Of a DNA stretch of 40,991 nucleotides, positions 1 to 8,601 are shown piece after piece. The DNA comes from Planctomycetota bacterium (lineage in GTDB: Bacteria > Planctomycetota > B129-G9 > JAJDCN01): the NCBI GenBank assembly GCA_029260815.1, contig JAJDCN010000232.1:1-40991 (forward strand). The letters run 5' to 3'. The first letter of the stretch is position 1. Each line of letters opens with the position of its first letter. Below the pieces are notes generated by a model. It was not told where the DNA came from. It ran no database searches and worked only from the letters and a program-made list of their open reading frames with translations. The position numbers and the translations under genes were made by a program.

Positions 1-2
1 AG

Positions 3-227
3 GTGGCGGTGATCGATCGCAACATTTCTTTCGGCTGCGGCGGAATCCTTGCCCAGGAGATCCGATCCGCTCTGGCCATGCTGCCCGCTGCGCCGCCGGT
101 CTTTGATTACATTATGGGGCTGGGCGGTCGCGACATTACGCCCAAAGATATTCGCGGGATCCTGGAGCAAACCTGCAAAGAGGATCAACCCGAACAGGAG
201 AGACAATGGGTGGGACTCATGAAATGA
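3..227 (+). CDS. 2-oxoacid (pyruvate-type):ferredoxin oxidoreductase alpha subunit, C-terminal fragment (5' end lies outside the window)
   Basis: The open frame runs from the window edge. The tail ...YIMGLGGRDITPKDIRGILEQ... resembles PorA/VorA C-termini. Its stop (225-227) overlaps the ATG (224) of the TPP-binding beta subunit as ATGA. Confidence 0.55.
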   Translation: MAVIDRNISFGCGGILAQEIRSALAMLPAAPPVFDYIMGLGGRDITPKDIRGILEQTCKEDQPEQERQWVGLMK

Positions 228-1117
228 GAATACCGGAAGAGGAACTGCTCAAGCCGGGACATCTTGCCTGTCAGGGCTGCGCCGCGTCGCTGGCGATGCG
301 TCTGGCCCTCAAGGCCCTGGGCTCGGACACCGTGGTGGTTATCCCCGCCTGCTGCTGGTCCATCATCGCGGGCCCGTTTCCTTACGCGGCGGTTAGCGTG
401 CCGGTCCTGCACATGGCCTTTGAGACTGCTGCCTGCTCCGCCGCGGCGGTGAAAGCCGCGTTGGAGATGCGCGGCAAGCCGGATACCACCGTCCTGGCCT
501 GGGCCGGCGACGGCGGGACGTTCGATATCGGCCTGCAGTCGTTGTCGGGCGCGGCAGAGCGCAACGCGGATATCATCTACATCTGCTACGACAACGAAGC
601 CTACATGAACACGGGGATCCAGCGGTCCTCCGCCACGCCCTGGGGCGCATGGACCACGACCACGCCGGGCGCCGAGTTCAAGCGCGAGAACAAAAAGGAT
701 ATCATGCGCATCATGGCCGCCCACGGAATCCCCTACGCCGCCACGGCGTCTGTGGCCCACCCGGAGGACTTTATCGCGAAAGTACAGCACGCCAAGTCGA
801 TTCGTGGCACAAAGTTTATCCACCTGCTGTCCCCCTGTCCGCCCGGCTGGAAAATCGCTTCTGACAAAACGATCAAGCTGGCGCGATTGGCCACCGAGTG
901 CCGCATCTTCCCGCTGTACGAGATCCGCGATGGCGAGGAATATCGCCTCACCATGGACCCGCCCGTGCGCCCGATCACCGAGTACCTCTCCGAACAGGGG
1001 CGGTTCAAACACCTCGGCAACGAGGCCATCGCCGGAATCCAGCACGCTGTGAACGAGCGTTGGGCCTTCCTCCAACGTTCGATCGTCGCCGCATCGGGTT
1101 CCACGCCGTCCAGCTAA
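224..1117 (+). CDS. porB: 2-oxoacid:ferredoxin oxidoreductase beta subunit (TPP-binding; pyruvate or 2-ketoisovalerate type)
   Basis: The translation has GHLACQGC near the N-terminus and the TPP motif AWAGDGGTFDIGLQSLSGAAERNADIIYICYDNEAYMNTG. An ATGA overlap with the upstream subunit favours the ATG at 224; an alternative ATG lies at 206. Substrate specificity cannot be read from the sequence. Confidence 0.85.
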   Translation: MRIPEEELLKPGHLACQGCAASLAMRLALKALGSDTVVVIPACCWSIIAGPFPYAAVSVPVLHMAFETAACSAAAVKAALEMRGKPDTTVLAWAGDGGTFDIGLQSLSGAAERNADIIYICYDNEAYMNTGIQRSSATPWGAWTTTTPGAEFKRENKKDIMRIMAAHGIPYAATASVAHPEDFIAKVQHAKSIRGTKFIHLLSPCPPGWKIASDKTIKLARLATECRIFPLYEIRDGEEYRLTMDPPVRPITEYLSEQGRFKHLGNEAIAGIQHAVNERWAFLQRSIVAASGSTPSS

Positions 1118-1227
1118 CCCGTTTTGCGCTTCTGCTGCGCACAAAACTTCGCTTTACATGGCGGCCTTGAGCAGATAAAATTTCACGATCTACAGCAACT
1201 TTGCGGATAAAAACAGGAGGAGAGGCG

Positions 1228-2166
1228 TTGGAAAGCTCAGAGTTTATCTGGATGGACGGCGAATTCGTCAAATGGGAAGATGCCAACATACATGTGCTGT
1301 CCCACTCGCTGCATTACGGCTCTGCGATCTTTGAAGGGATCCGTTGCTACGAAACGGTTGATGGACCCTCGGTCTTTCGCCTGCCCGAGCATACGGACCG
1401 TTTCTTTCGCGGCTGCAACCTGTACCGGCACACGCTGGATTTCACCGCAGAACAATTCAATGAAGCAATCCTCGAAACGATCCAAAAGAACAACCTGAAG
1501 GAATGCTACGTGCGCCCGATCGCCTTTTACGAGCTGGGCACCATTGGCGTGCGACCCGTCGCAGCCACCAAGCGCGCACGCACGCGCGTGGCGATCATCG
1601 CCTTTCCCTGGGGGGCCTACCTTGGTGAGGAAGGGCTCAAGAACGGCATCAAAGTCCTCGTGTCATCCTGGAAGCGCGTGCATCACAGCCAATTCTATAC
1701 TTCCGCCAAGGCCTCCGGGGCCTACCTTAACGCCATCGCCGCGGTGATGGATGCGCAGGACAAAGGCTTTGACGAGTGCCTGATGCTCGACATGAACGGC
1801 TACGTCGCAGAGGGCTCCGGCGAAAATATCTTCATCGTCCGCGACGGCGTGGTGTGGACAAATGACGGCACCAACTCCATCCTCGAGGGGATCACGCGGG
1901 ATTGTGTGATGACGATCGCCAAGGACTTGGGCCTGGAGCTCCAGATCCGCAACATCTCCCGGGCCGACCTGTCCCTGGCCGACGAGATCTTTCTGTGCGG
2001 CACCGCCGCGGAGGTGACTCCGGTCCGCCAAGTGGATCACTTTACCATCGGCAACGGTTCCCGTGGCCCGATTACAGAGAAGATCCAGTCGAAGTATTTC
2101 GAAATCATCCGAGGCAAGGACGAAAATTACAAGCGTTGGCACACGCCGGCTTACACGGACAAGTAA
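1228..2166 (+). CDS. ilvE: Branched-chain amino acid aminotransferase
   Basis: FIWMDGEFVKWEDANIHVLSHSLHYGSAIFEGIRCY closely parallels the E. coli IlvE N-terminus. AGGAGG at 1215-1220 lies 7 nt before an in-frame TTG at 1228. The ORF-track start at 1201 is probably too early. Confidence 0.9.
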   Translation: MESSEFIWMDGEFVKWEDANIHVLSHSLHYGSAIFEGIRCYETVDGPSVFRLPEHTDRFFRGCNLYRHTLDFTAEQFNEAILETIQKNNLKECYVRPIAFYELGTIGVRPVAATKRARTRVAIIAFPWGAYLGEEGLKNGIKVLVSSWKRVHHSQFYTSAKASGAYLNAIAAVMDAQDKGFDECLMLDMNGYVAEGSGENIFIVRDGVVWTNDGTNSILEGITRDCVMTIAKDLGLELQIRNISRADLSLADEIFLCGTAAEVTPVRQVDHFTIGNGSRGPITEKIQSKYFEIIRGKDENYKRWHTPAYTDK

Positions 2167-2180
2167 TCCGAACGACTTGT

Positions 2181-3158
2181 TTATCGTCCTCGGATCATCT
2201 CGGCGCAATAGTCCCCTGTGGCGGGCTGAAAGACCATCTGCTGGACCGTTATGTCCATAAAGATATTTGGATCGCGCAAGAGCGATAGGCACTGCTTAAA
2301 TGTCGCTGGTCGCTCACCGGCAAGTCGTTCGTCCAACCGGCAGTGGCGATCAATGGTCGTCCGTTCGCGCTCATCGTCTGGCTTGATCAATTGCTCGTCG
2401 GGCGCTTCCAGCTCCTGGTAATGGTTCGTCGCGATGAGCACGCCGTCGGTGGGGCGAATCACGGCGGCCCGGCTTGGGGATCGCTCGACAATAACAAACT
2501 GGCCCGCCTCCGTTCCGGTAACCAGCAGGATGCAATCGCTGCAGATCTTTTCCGTCTCGAGGATCGCGACCGCGGCTTCGAAGTCTTTCGCTTCCTCCAG
2601 GACCCTTCGCAATAGGAACACGACGGGAAGGCCGCCGCTGAACGGTTCCTCGCTACAGACCGCGTTGAGTGAAATGGAGAATCGGCCCGGCGCGGAGGCA
2701 GATAGAACCCCGACCATGCCGGGCCAGCCGACCGAAACGAACTCAAACCCCGTGCCGCGATATCGAAGCGTCAAGGAAGCTTCGGACATCTTCAGGTCTT
2801 CAGCGACCCAGTCGAGATTGCGTGCATGCAGCGGGCCTTGCGGTGTATCCACGGCGAAAGCGGAGCAGGCCCACAGGAGCTTCAACGAATCGTAGTACAG
2901 GTTCGCCGCCAACAGAGTCTCGTGCGGAATCCGCAAGACCTCGGACAGTCCGCGCAGGTCTTCTTCAACGCAAGCGAGAGAGGCATCTTTAAGGAGTTTC
3001 GAGATCAGGTTGCCCGTCTCGGTGCCCACCCCTGCATCCTTGAGGGCAAAGTGGACCATGCCTTGTGCGATCTCGCGATAGGGCGCCAGGGGCGCCCACC
3101 GGTCGGCGCCGTGTGCGTCCAGGTCGATTCCAATTTCCGGTATCGTTTGAAAATCCAT
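2181..3158 (-). CDS. C45-family Ntn hydrolase / acyl-CoA:6-APA acyltransferase-like (acid-ceramidase-like fold)
   Basis: LLWACSAFAVDTPQGPLHARNLDW fits a nucleophile Cys followed by an RNxDW motif. The start is set at MDFQTIPE (ATG 3158). The 77-codon upstream extension in the ORF track (to 3389) would overrun the divergent cca promoter and looks non-coding. Confidence 0.65.
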   Translation of the reverse strand: MDFQTIPEIGIDLDAHGADRWAPLAPYREIAQGMVHFALKDAGVGTETGNLISKLLKDASLACVEEDLRGLSEVLRIPHETLLAANLYYDSLKLLWACSAFAVDTPQGPLHARNLDWVAEDLKMSEASLTLRYRGTGFEFVSVGWPGMVGVLSASAPGRFSISLNAVCSEEPFSGGLPVVFLLRRVLEEAKDFEAAVAILETEKICSDCILLVTGTEAGQFVIVERSPSRAAVIRPTDGVLIATNHYQELEAPDEQLIKPDDERERTTIDRHCRLDERLAGERPATFKQCLSLLRDPNIFMDITVQQMVFQPATGDYCAEMIRGR

Positions 3159-3246
3159 TGGTCCTCTCGGGCTTAAATGCGTTCTGAATGGACACACGGT
3201 ACCAAGCGAATGGCCTTTCAGCAAGGGGCGTCCGGTCTGGTCTGGT

Positions 3247-3275
3247 TTGAACGCGCTCGCAGCTTCTGATAGAAT
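3247..3275 (+). promoter_or_regulatory. Sigma70-type promoter: TTGAAC - 17 nt - TAGAAT
   Basis: TTGAAC is at 3247-3252, a 17-nt spacer at 3253-3269 and TAGAAT at 3270-3275. The cca ATG (3283) lies 7 nt after the -10 element, which implies a leaderless or near-leaderless mRNA. Confidence 0.5.
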
Positions 3276-3282
3276 ATGGCCT

Positions 3283-4611
3283 ATGGACGAGACAAGAACC
3301 GCCGCCGATTTTGTTGCACAGCGACTTCGAGACCATGGGTACCGAGCCCTGTTCGCCGGAGGATGCGTGCGCGATCGGCTGTTGGGCAACGAACCGGCCG
3401 ATTACGACGTGGCCACGGATGCGGTACCCGAACAGATCTGCGGGCTCTTTGACAAGCGCGTGGAGGTCGGTTCAAAGTTTGGCGTGATCCTCGTCCGAGA
3501 TGGAGGGGCTCCGGTGGAGGTGGCGACCTTTCGCACCGATGGACAATATCTTGATGGTCGGCACCCGGAGAACGTCACATACGGCAATGAGCAAGACGAC
3601 GCACGACGCCGCGACTTCACGATCAACGGGATGTTCCTGGACCCCCAGACCGACACGGTGATCGACTACGTGGACGGGCAGAAGGATCTGGTGGCCGGTG
3701 TCGTCCGGGCGATTGGCGATCCAGCGGAACGTTTTGCCGAAGACCGCCTGCGGATGATGCGTGCCGCTCGCTTCGCCGCTCGATTGGACTTTGTACTGGA
3801 CCCGCCCACGGCAGCAGCGATCCAGATGCACGCTCCGTCAATTCATGACGTGTCGCCGGAGCGAATCCGCGAAGAGTTGGTGAAGATGATCACAGGGCCA
3901 CGACCGCACGTTGCGCTGGATCTGCTGGACCGTTACGGATTGCTGGAGCAGATTCTTCCGGAGATCACCGCCATGAAGGGGGTCGAGCAACCGGCCAATT
4001 TTCATCCGGAGGGCGATGTCTTTGTCCACACGCTGCTATGCATGAGCAAGCTGGAGTCGCCTTCGGTGGAGGCTGCCATGGGAACCCTGCTGCACGACGT
4101 GGCCAAGCCGCCCACCTACACCGTCACCGACCGGATACGATACCCCAAACACGAAGCGATTGGCGCCGAGATGACCGAAGTGATCTGCAAGCGCCTGCGA
4201 TTCTCCAACAAGCAGACCGAACGGATCGTATGGCTGGTCAAGCGACACCTGGTCTTTAAGGACACCAAGAAGATGCGGGCCAGCCGGCTCAAGCGCCTGC
4301 TGGCGGATGAGGGGTTTCTGGATCTGGCGGTCGTTTGTCGGGCCGACGCCTTGGGGAGCAACGGGGATCTCTCCTATCACGACTATTGCATGGAAATGCA
4401 TCAGAAGCTGGGCACGGAGCAGATCAAGCCGAAGCCTTGGGTCAACGGGGACGACCTGATCGCCATGGGGCTCCGGCCGGGTCCTCTATTCGCTGGCTTG
4501 CTGGAAGAGGCGTACACCGCCCAATTGGAAGGGGAGATCGCTGACCGGCAGGGGGCTCTGGAACGCCTCGAGCGGGTTCTTTCTTTGAGAGGGCTGCTTA
4601 AGCCTAGATGA
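3283..4611 (+). CDS. cca: CCA-adding tRNA nucleotidyltransferase (PolyA-polymerase head plus HD domain)
   Basis: LFAGGCVRDRLLGNEPADYDVAT is the class II nucleotidyltransferase GG..RD..L / DxD motif. RRRDFTINGM is present, and the HD region is HPEGDVFVHTL...LLHDVAKP. The ATG at 3283 is preferred over the TTG at 3247, which coincides with the -35 box. Confidence 0.88.
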   Translation: MDETRTAADFVAQRLRDHGYRALFAGGCVRDRLLGNEPADYDVATDAVPEQICGLFDKRVEVGSKFGVILVRDGGAPVEVATFRTDGQYLDGRHPENVTYGNEQDDARRRDFTINGMFLDPQTDTVIDYVDGQKDLVAGVVRAIGDPAERFAEDRLRMMRAARFAARLDFVLDPPTAAAIQMHAPSIHDVSPERIREELVKMITGPRPHVALDLLDRYGLLEQILPEITAMKGVEQPANFHPEGDVFVHTLLCMSKLESPSVEAAMGTLLHDVAKPPTYTVTDRIRYPKHEAIGAEMTEVICKRLRFSNKQTERIVWLVKRHLVFKDTKKMRASRLKRLLADEGFLDLAVVCRADALGSNGDLSYHDYCMEMHQKLGTEQIKPKPWVNGDDLIAMGLRPGPLFAGLLEEAYTAQLEGEIADRQGALERLERVLSLRGLLKPR

Positions 4612-4673
4612 CTAAGCTGGTTATGGGTTTGTTTGAGGTGCCTGGTCAGCCCCGAGAAAAACCGCATAATTTT

Positions 4674-4702
4674 GGAACATTTTTGAGCTTCAGTCCGTCT
4701 AA
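4674..4702 (+). promoter_or_regulatory. ECF-type (RpoE-like) autoregulatory promoter: GGAAC - 17 nt - CGTCTAA
   Basis: GGAAC is at 4674-4678 and CGTC at 4696-4699, extending to GTCTAA at 4697-4702. The site sits just upstream of AAAGGGA (4715-4721) and an in-frame GTG at 4728. Confidence 0.5.
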
Positions 4703-4727
4703 ATCTACAGAGCCAAAGGGACTTCGA

Positions 4728-5327
4728 GTGACCGAGAAGACAGAGGCACAACTGAAACAGCTCAAAGCGGGAAAGACCGATGCTTTTAAGGTTCTGTACG
4801 ACGAATATGCAGACAAGGTTTACGGAACTGCCTTGCGGATGTTGGGCTCGGAGCCGGACGCAGCGGATGTGGCCCAGGAAGTTTTCCTCACGATCTCGCA
4901 AAAGATCGGCAATTTTGAAGGCCGATCGAGTCTGTCGACCTGGATCTATCGTATCGCGGTCAATGCGTCTCTGGACAGGCGAAGAAAAATGAGTGCTACA
5001 GCCATACTTTCGATCGAGGAGTTCGACGGCGTCGAATCGAACACAAGCCTTTCGGCCGGTGCGTTGGATCCGACGGCGCAGGTTCAAGCGAATGATCTTC
5101 GGGATGCGATTCGCGGCGCGATTGCCTCGCTTACGCCGAAGCTGGCGGCGGTAATGACTCTTCGCTACTCCGAGGCGCTGGAGTACGAGCAGATCGCCGA
5201 GGTTCTGGGCTGCTCTATCGGTACGGTAAAATCGAGAATCGCTCGCGCCCACAAGAAGTTAACGCCATATCTGGAAAGAATCTACCATCGACACATCGGC
5301 GACGCCGAAAGCGGAGACGGACAATGA
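4728..5327 (+). CDS. ECF (sigma-70 family group 4) RNA polymerase sigma factor
   Basis: Region 2 reads FKVLYDEYADKVYGTALRMLGSEPDAADVAQEVFLTI...STWIYRIAVNASLD. Region 4 reads MTLRYSEALEYEQIAEVLGCSIGTVKSRIARAHKKL. The start is uncertain. GTG 4728 gives 199 aa and follows the ECF promoter. ATG 4608 overlaps the cca stop as ATGA but adds 40 atypical residues. Confidence 0.85.
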   Translation: MTEKTEAQLKQLKAGKTDAFKVLYDEYADKVYGTALRMLGSEPDAADVAQEVFLTISQKIGNFEGRSSLSTWIYRIAVNASLDRRRKMSATAILSIEEFDGVESNTSLSAGALDPTAQVQANDLRDAIRGAIASLTPKLAAVMTLRYSEALEYEQIAEVLGCSIGTVKSRIARAHKKLTPYLERIYHRHIGDAESGDGQ

Positions 5328-5758
5328 ACTGCAAGCGAACTCAAAAAGTGATCCATGCCGAATTGTTTGGCGAACGGGACGAAAGCCTTGCCGAACACGT
5401 CAAAGACTGCCCGGTTTGCGCGGAAGCTGTGGAATCGATCTGCAAATCTCAAGCGGTCCTAAATGCCGCACCGGGTGAGAAAGCTCCTCCGGAACTGTGG
5501 TCGCGGATCGAAGGCCAACTGGCCCGTCCGACGCCAACGATTCGGGCGCTGCCTGTGGCTTGGCGATGGACGGTTCCCATCGCTACTGCGGCGGGACTGG
5601 CGATTGCGGTCGGGTTGTGGAGTACAATCAACGCTTCGGATCCGGGACAGGGTTCTCAGGTCGTTCTGGGTGGGATCCCCGACGCGGAGTTTTATTTGAG
5701 CGAGCATCTGGCTGCGGAAGAAAGCTATGTTTTCTTCGATTCGTCTAAGGAGCGATAG
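5324..5758 (+). CDS. Membrane-anchored zinc-finger (ZAS, HxxxCxxC) anti-sigma factor
   Basis: HVKDCPVC is an exact H-x3-C-x2-C motif. There is a single TM segment, WRWTVPIATAAGLAIAVGLW. The ATG overlaps the sigma gene stop as ATGA. Confidence 0.75.
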   Translation: MNCKRTQKVIHAELFGERDESLAEHVKDCPVCAEAVESICKSQAVLNAAPGEKAPPELWSRIEGQLARPTPTIRALPVAWRWTVPIATAAGLAIAVGLWSTINASDPGQGSQVVLGGIPDAEFYLSEHLAAEESYVFFDSSKER

Positions 5759-5762
5759 AGCC

Positions 5763-7517
5763 GTGAACGGTAGAACTGGATTAAAGATTGGGTTGTTGAG
5801 CCTCCTGGCTTCTGTTGTGGTTCTGGGGTGCCAGAATACGCCGCCGGAGCGACGAGAGGATTTTGGCTTCTTCGACAGTCGGAACTCTGATCCGGTTTTC
5901 CAGGCCATGAAGGCTGCGGTAACGCACGAGTCCGAGCGTCGGTCAACGCTGGGCATCAGCGGGCCGCTACGAGCCCACGAGCTGTCCAAGCTGGCGGTCG
6001 AGAGCGCCGCGACGGGCTATAAAGAAGAGGGGCTGGAACACCTACGCCGGGCCCGGTTCTACGATCCGACCAACGAGGATGTTGCCAAAAGCGAGCAATT
6101 CCTTGCGGCGCATGTCGAACTGGACAAGGCCCTCGCCTTGCAAAGACAACAGGAGGAGTTAAACCGTCGCGACGAAGAGGCACAAGCCTTGATGGCCCAG
6201 GGCCGGACCCTGGAACAACAGGGGAAGTGGTACGCGGCCTATCACAAGCTTCATGCTGCAAGCCAGTTGGCTCCTTGGAACGAGACCGTACGAGAGCGAG
6301 AGCAGTCCTACCGCCGGCCCGCGGCCCGAGATTTACTAGCTCGGGCATCGGTACAGATGAAGAAGGAACAAATGCTCGAAGCGTTTGGCAGTTTGTCGGT
6401 CGCGATGAAACTCGATTCAGAACTGCCAGAATTGGCACAGACCCACAAAGACATCGGCGAGGGGGTTGCAAGGCGACTCCAAGAAGCCGGCCGCCGAGCT
6501 GAAAAAGGTTCGCAAATGGCCTTGGCCGCGTTGCGGTATGGACAGGCTCAAGAAATTGCTCCGCAATTGCCGGGAATCGATACGGATGTCGAACGTACCG
6601 AGCAGACACAGGCCGAAAAACTCCGTTATATCGTGATCGCATCGCAGGAATCATCGGAAAACGGAAGCAGCGCTTCTCGAATCCGTTCCGCCTTCAAGCA
6701 GGCTGCCCGTGACCTGGAGGCGAATCCCCAGTTTCAGGTTTTGACGCCCACCGCGTTTCGCGAGCTGGGGCCAGCCGGCCGGAAGGCCCCGCATGGCCGA
6801 CTTATGGGAACGCTGGAGTCCCTCAACGTTTCGGACAGCGAGACGGTGGTCACCGCCATCAAAGAAGAGCTTTACTACGAGGCGGAGCTTCAACGCATCA
6901 GCGTTCATTCCCCCGAGTCGCTCCTCTCGTATTATCCGGACCAATTGAATTTCGGCTATGGGCGATATCGCGGCATTCTTCGCGAGATGGAACGCCGGGC
7001 CAACGATGGAGATACCGGAAACGACATCATGCCGGTCTTTGTTCGTGTGCCCAAGACACAGACGATCACTTACCCTGTGACCCAATACGATCGCCATGCG
7101 ACCGCGAATTTTGTAGTCCGTTTGATCGATGCCAAGGCAGGTGTGGAATTGGCTCGGACAACGGCGATCGGATCGGCTGCGGCGAGCGATACGCCGGACG
7201 AAGGCGGCCGTGCTCGTCTGCCCGCCCCCGGTACGTTGAAGCAGCAGGCTGCCGACGATCTGATCGGACGGTTGCCCTATGTCGTGCGTCAGGTCGCTGC
7301 GGCCCACGCACGGCGCTTCCTGCTCCAGGCTGAGCGGGCGCGGGCGGCGGGGAATACAAAAAGGGCCTTGGATTTAGAGTTGCTTTACGCCCGTTCCATG
7401 GTGTCGGTCGGTGCTCCGATCGATCCGGAAATCGCTGAGCGACTCCTTCAGACGACCGGCTATTCGTTCACTGCCAAGAAGACTGATCCGCTGAAATTGG
7501 CGGGAGGCCTGAAATGA
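5763..7517 (+). CDS. Large lipoprotein of unknown function (helical/TPR-like N-terminal half, beta-rich C-terminal half)
   Basis: The signal peptide plus lipobox is LLSLLASVVVLGC. AAGGAG at 5747-5752 lies 10 nt before an in-frame GTG at 5763, just after the anti-sigma stop. The alternative ATG at 5727 would overlap by 32 nt. I recognise no confident family. Confidence 0.6.
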   Translation: MNGRTGLKIGLLSLLASVVVLGCQNTPPERREDFGFFDSRNSDPVFQAMKAAVTHESERRSTLGISGPLRAHELSKLAVESAATGYKEEGLEHLRRARFYDPTNEDVAKSEQFLAAHVELDKALALQRQQEELNRRDEEAQALMAQGRTLEQQGKWYAAYHKLHAASQLAPWNETVREREQSYRRPAARDLLARASVQMKKEQMLEAFGSLSVAMKLDSELPELAQTHKDIGEGVARRLQEAGRRAEKGSQMALAALRYGQAQEIAPQLPGIDTDVERTEQTQAEKLRYIVIASQESSENGSSASRIRSAFKQAARDLEANPQFQVLTPTAFRELGPAGRKAPHGRLMGTLESLNVSDSETVVTAIKEELYYEAELQRISVHSPESLLSYYPDQLNFGYGRYRGILREMERRANDGDTGNDIMPVFVRVPKTQTITYPVTQYDRHATANFVVRLIDAKAGVELARTTAIGSAAASDTPDEGGRARLPAPGTLKQQAADDLIGRLPYVVRQVAAAHARRFLLQAERARAAGNTKRALDLELLYARSMVSVGAPIDPEIAERLLQTTGYSFTAKKTDPLKLAGGLK

Positions 7518-8590
7518 AACGATTGTTCCTTTTATTGCTGTTGTTGAGCGTCTCGGCCCTAGCCCTGAACGGTTGTAAAGACGCCACGGCCCGTGTGGCG
7601 TGTGACCCGGAGGCGGTCGAATTGCTGAAGCAAGCGGTTGCGGCATCTTCGAAAATTAACTATTCCGGTGAAGTTGAGCGGGTTGAACAGAACCCCCTTT
7701 CCGCGGAGCCGGATCGCGTCGTATTCAAATCCGCCAGAGACGCCGAGGGACGGTATCGGTACGAAGTCCTAGAGCCAGTTGAGCGAAAAGGCTCTTTCTT
7801 TGTGGTTGCCGGTGGGGCTCCAATATTTTCCAAAGACTTCCAGACCACGTGGTTTCGGCGAAAGCGGAAGTATCGCAACTTCGAATTCATGATCAAGAAC
7901 CTGGACCAATTGGAAAAGAATTACGCCATCCGGTTTGATGGTCTGGATACGGTCGCCGGGCGTGCGACTCGGGTGGTCGACGTTCAGGCAGCGTATCCAA
8001 GTCTCAAACGGCCGTCCATACGGATCTGGATTGATACGGAGACCCAAAGAATTCTCGGTGCAGAAAGAAAGGCGCCGACAGGAGAGGTGACGTTCAAATT
8101 CGCGTTCCGAACGATTGAGATAAACCCGACCTTCGAGGCGCATGCCTTTGATCCGCCTGCTGAACGCAAGGAGCTAAATGGTCGGGGGGGCTCCAAATAT
8201 AATATCGAGCGAGAGACCCTCGAGGGCGGAATCGAGCAGGCGCGAAAAGAGTTTGATTTCGAGGTGCGCGAGCCTACGTTCGTGCCCGTCGGCTTCGAAC
8301 TGCTGAAGGTGAGACGGCTCAAGACGAAGCATGGCGAGATGTGCATGTTGCTTTACGGCGACGGCCTCACCGGCTTGAGCATCAAGATCCACGACGTCAA
8401 CAAGGCTCCGTTTCCGGGCTCAAAGAAGGCACGCAAAACTCAAGACAGCGAAAAAATACACACGAAACCCTTTGGCTTTCGCACGATGTACGCACAGAGC
8501 TTTGAAAAGGTCCGTGTTCTCGTTACAAGCGAACTTGTAGAAGAGGAGGCGTTGAGAGTCCTGAACTCCATGGGATTCTCTTTAGAATAA
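7514..8590 (+). CDS. RseB/MucB-LolA-like lipoprotein with a DUF4367-like C-terminus
   Basis: The lipobox is LSVSALALNGC. An INYSGEVERV segment is typical of RseB-like N-domains. The C-terminal EPTFVPVGFELLKV resembles DUF4367. The start overlaps the upstream stop as ATGA, and the gene sits in a sigma/anti-sigma operon. Confidence 0.55.
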   Translation: MKRLFLLLLLLSVSALALNGCKDATARVACDPEAVELLKQAVAASSKINYSGEVERVEQNPLSAEPDRVVFKSARDAEGRYRYEVLEPVERKGSFFVVAGGAPIFSKDFQTTWFRRKRKYRNFEFMIKNLDQLEKNYAIRFDGLDTVAGRATRVVDVQAAYPSLKRPSIRIWIDTETQRILGAERKAPTGEVTFKFAFRTIEINPTFEAHAFDPPAERKELNGRGGSKYNIERETLEGGIEQARKEFDFEVREPTFVPVGFELLKVRRLKTKHGEMCMLLYGDGLTGLSIKIHDVNKAPFPGSKKARKTQDSEKIHTKPFGFRTMYAQSFEKVRVLVTSELVEEEALRVLNSMGFSLE

Positions 8591-8601
8591 GGAGGTTTAT
8601 C

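Noticed and set aside
1120-1150. An imperfect hairpin, GTTTTGCGC…GCGCACAAAAC, after porB as a possible terminator.
   Set aside because: The stem needs a bulge and has only a weak T-tract. That is insufficient to call a terminator.
3159-3389. N-terminal extensions of ORF-track frames: 2181-3389 (beyond 3158), 17905-18948 (beyond 18357), 25355-26578 (beyond 26245), 38828-39649, 38306-38824, 37479-38255 and 9017-9433.
   Set aside because: The extensions lack homology-like sequence. They overlap neighbouring genes or promoters. Internal starts with good Shine-Dalgarno sites, or ATGA coupling, coincide with the beginning of the signal peptides or conserved domains.
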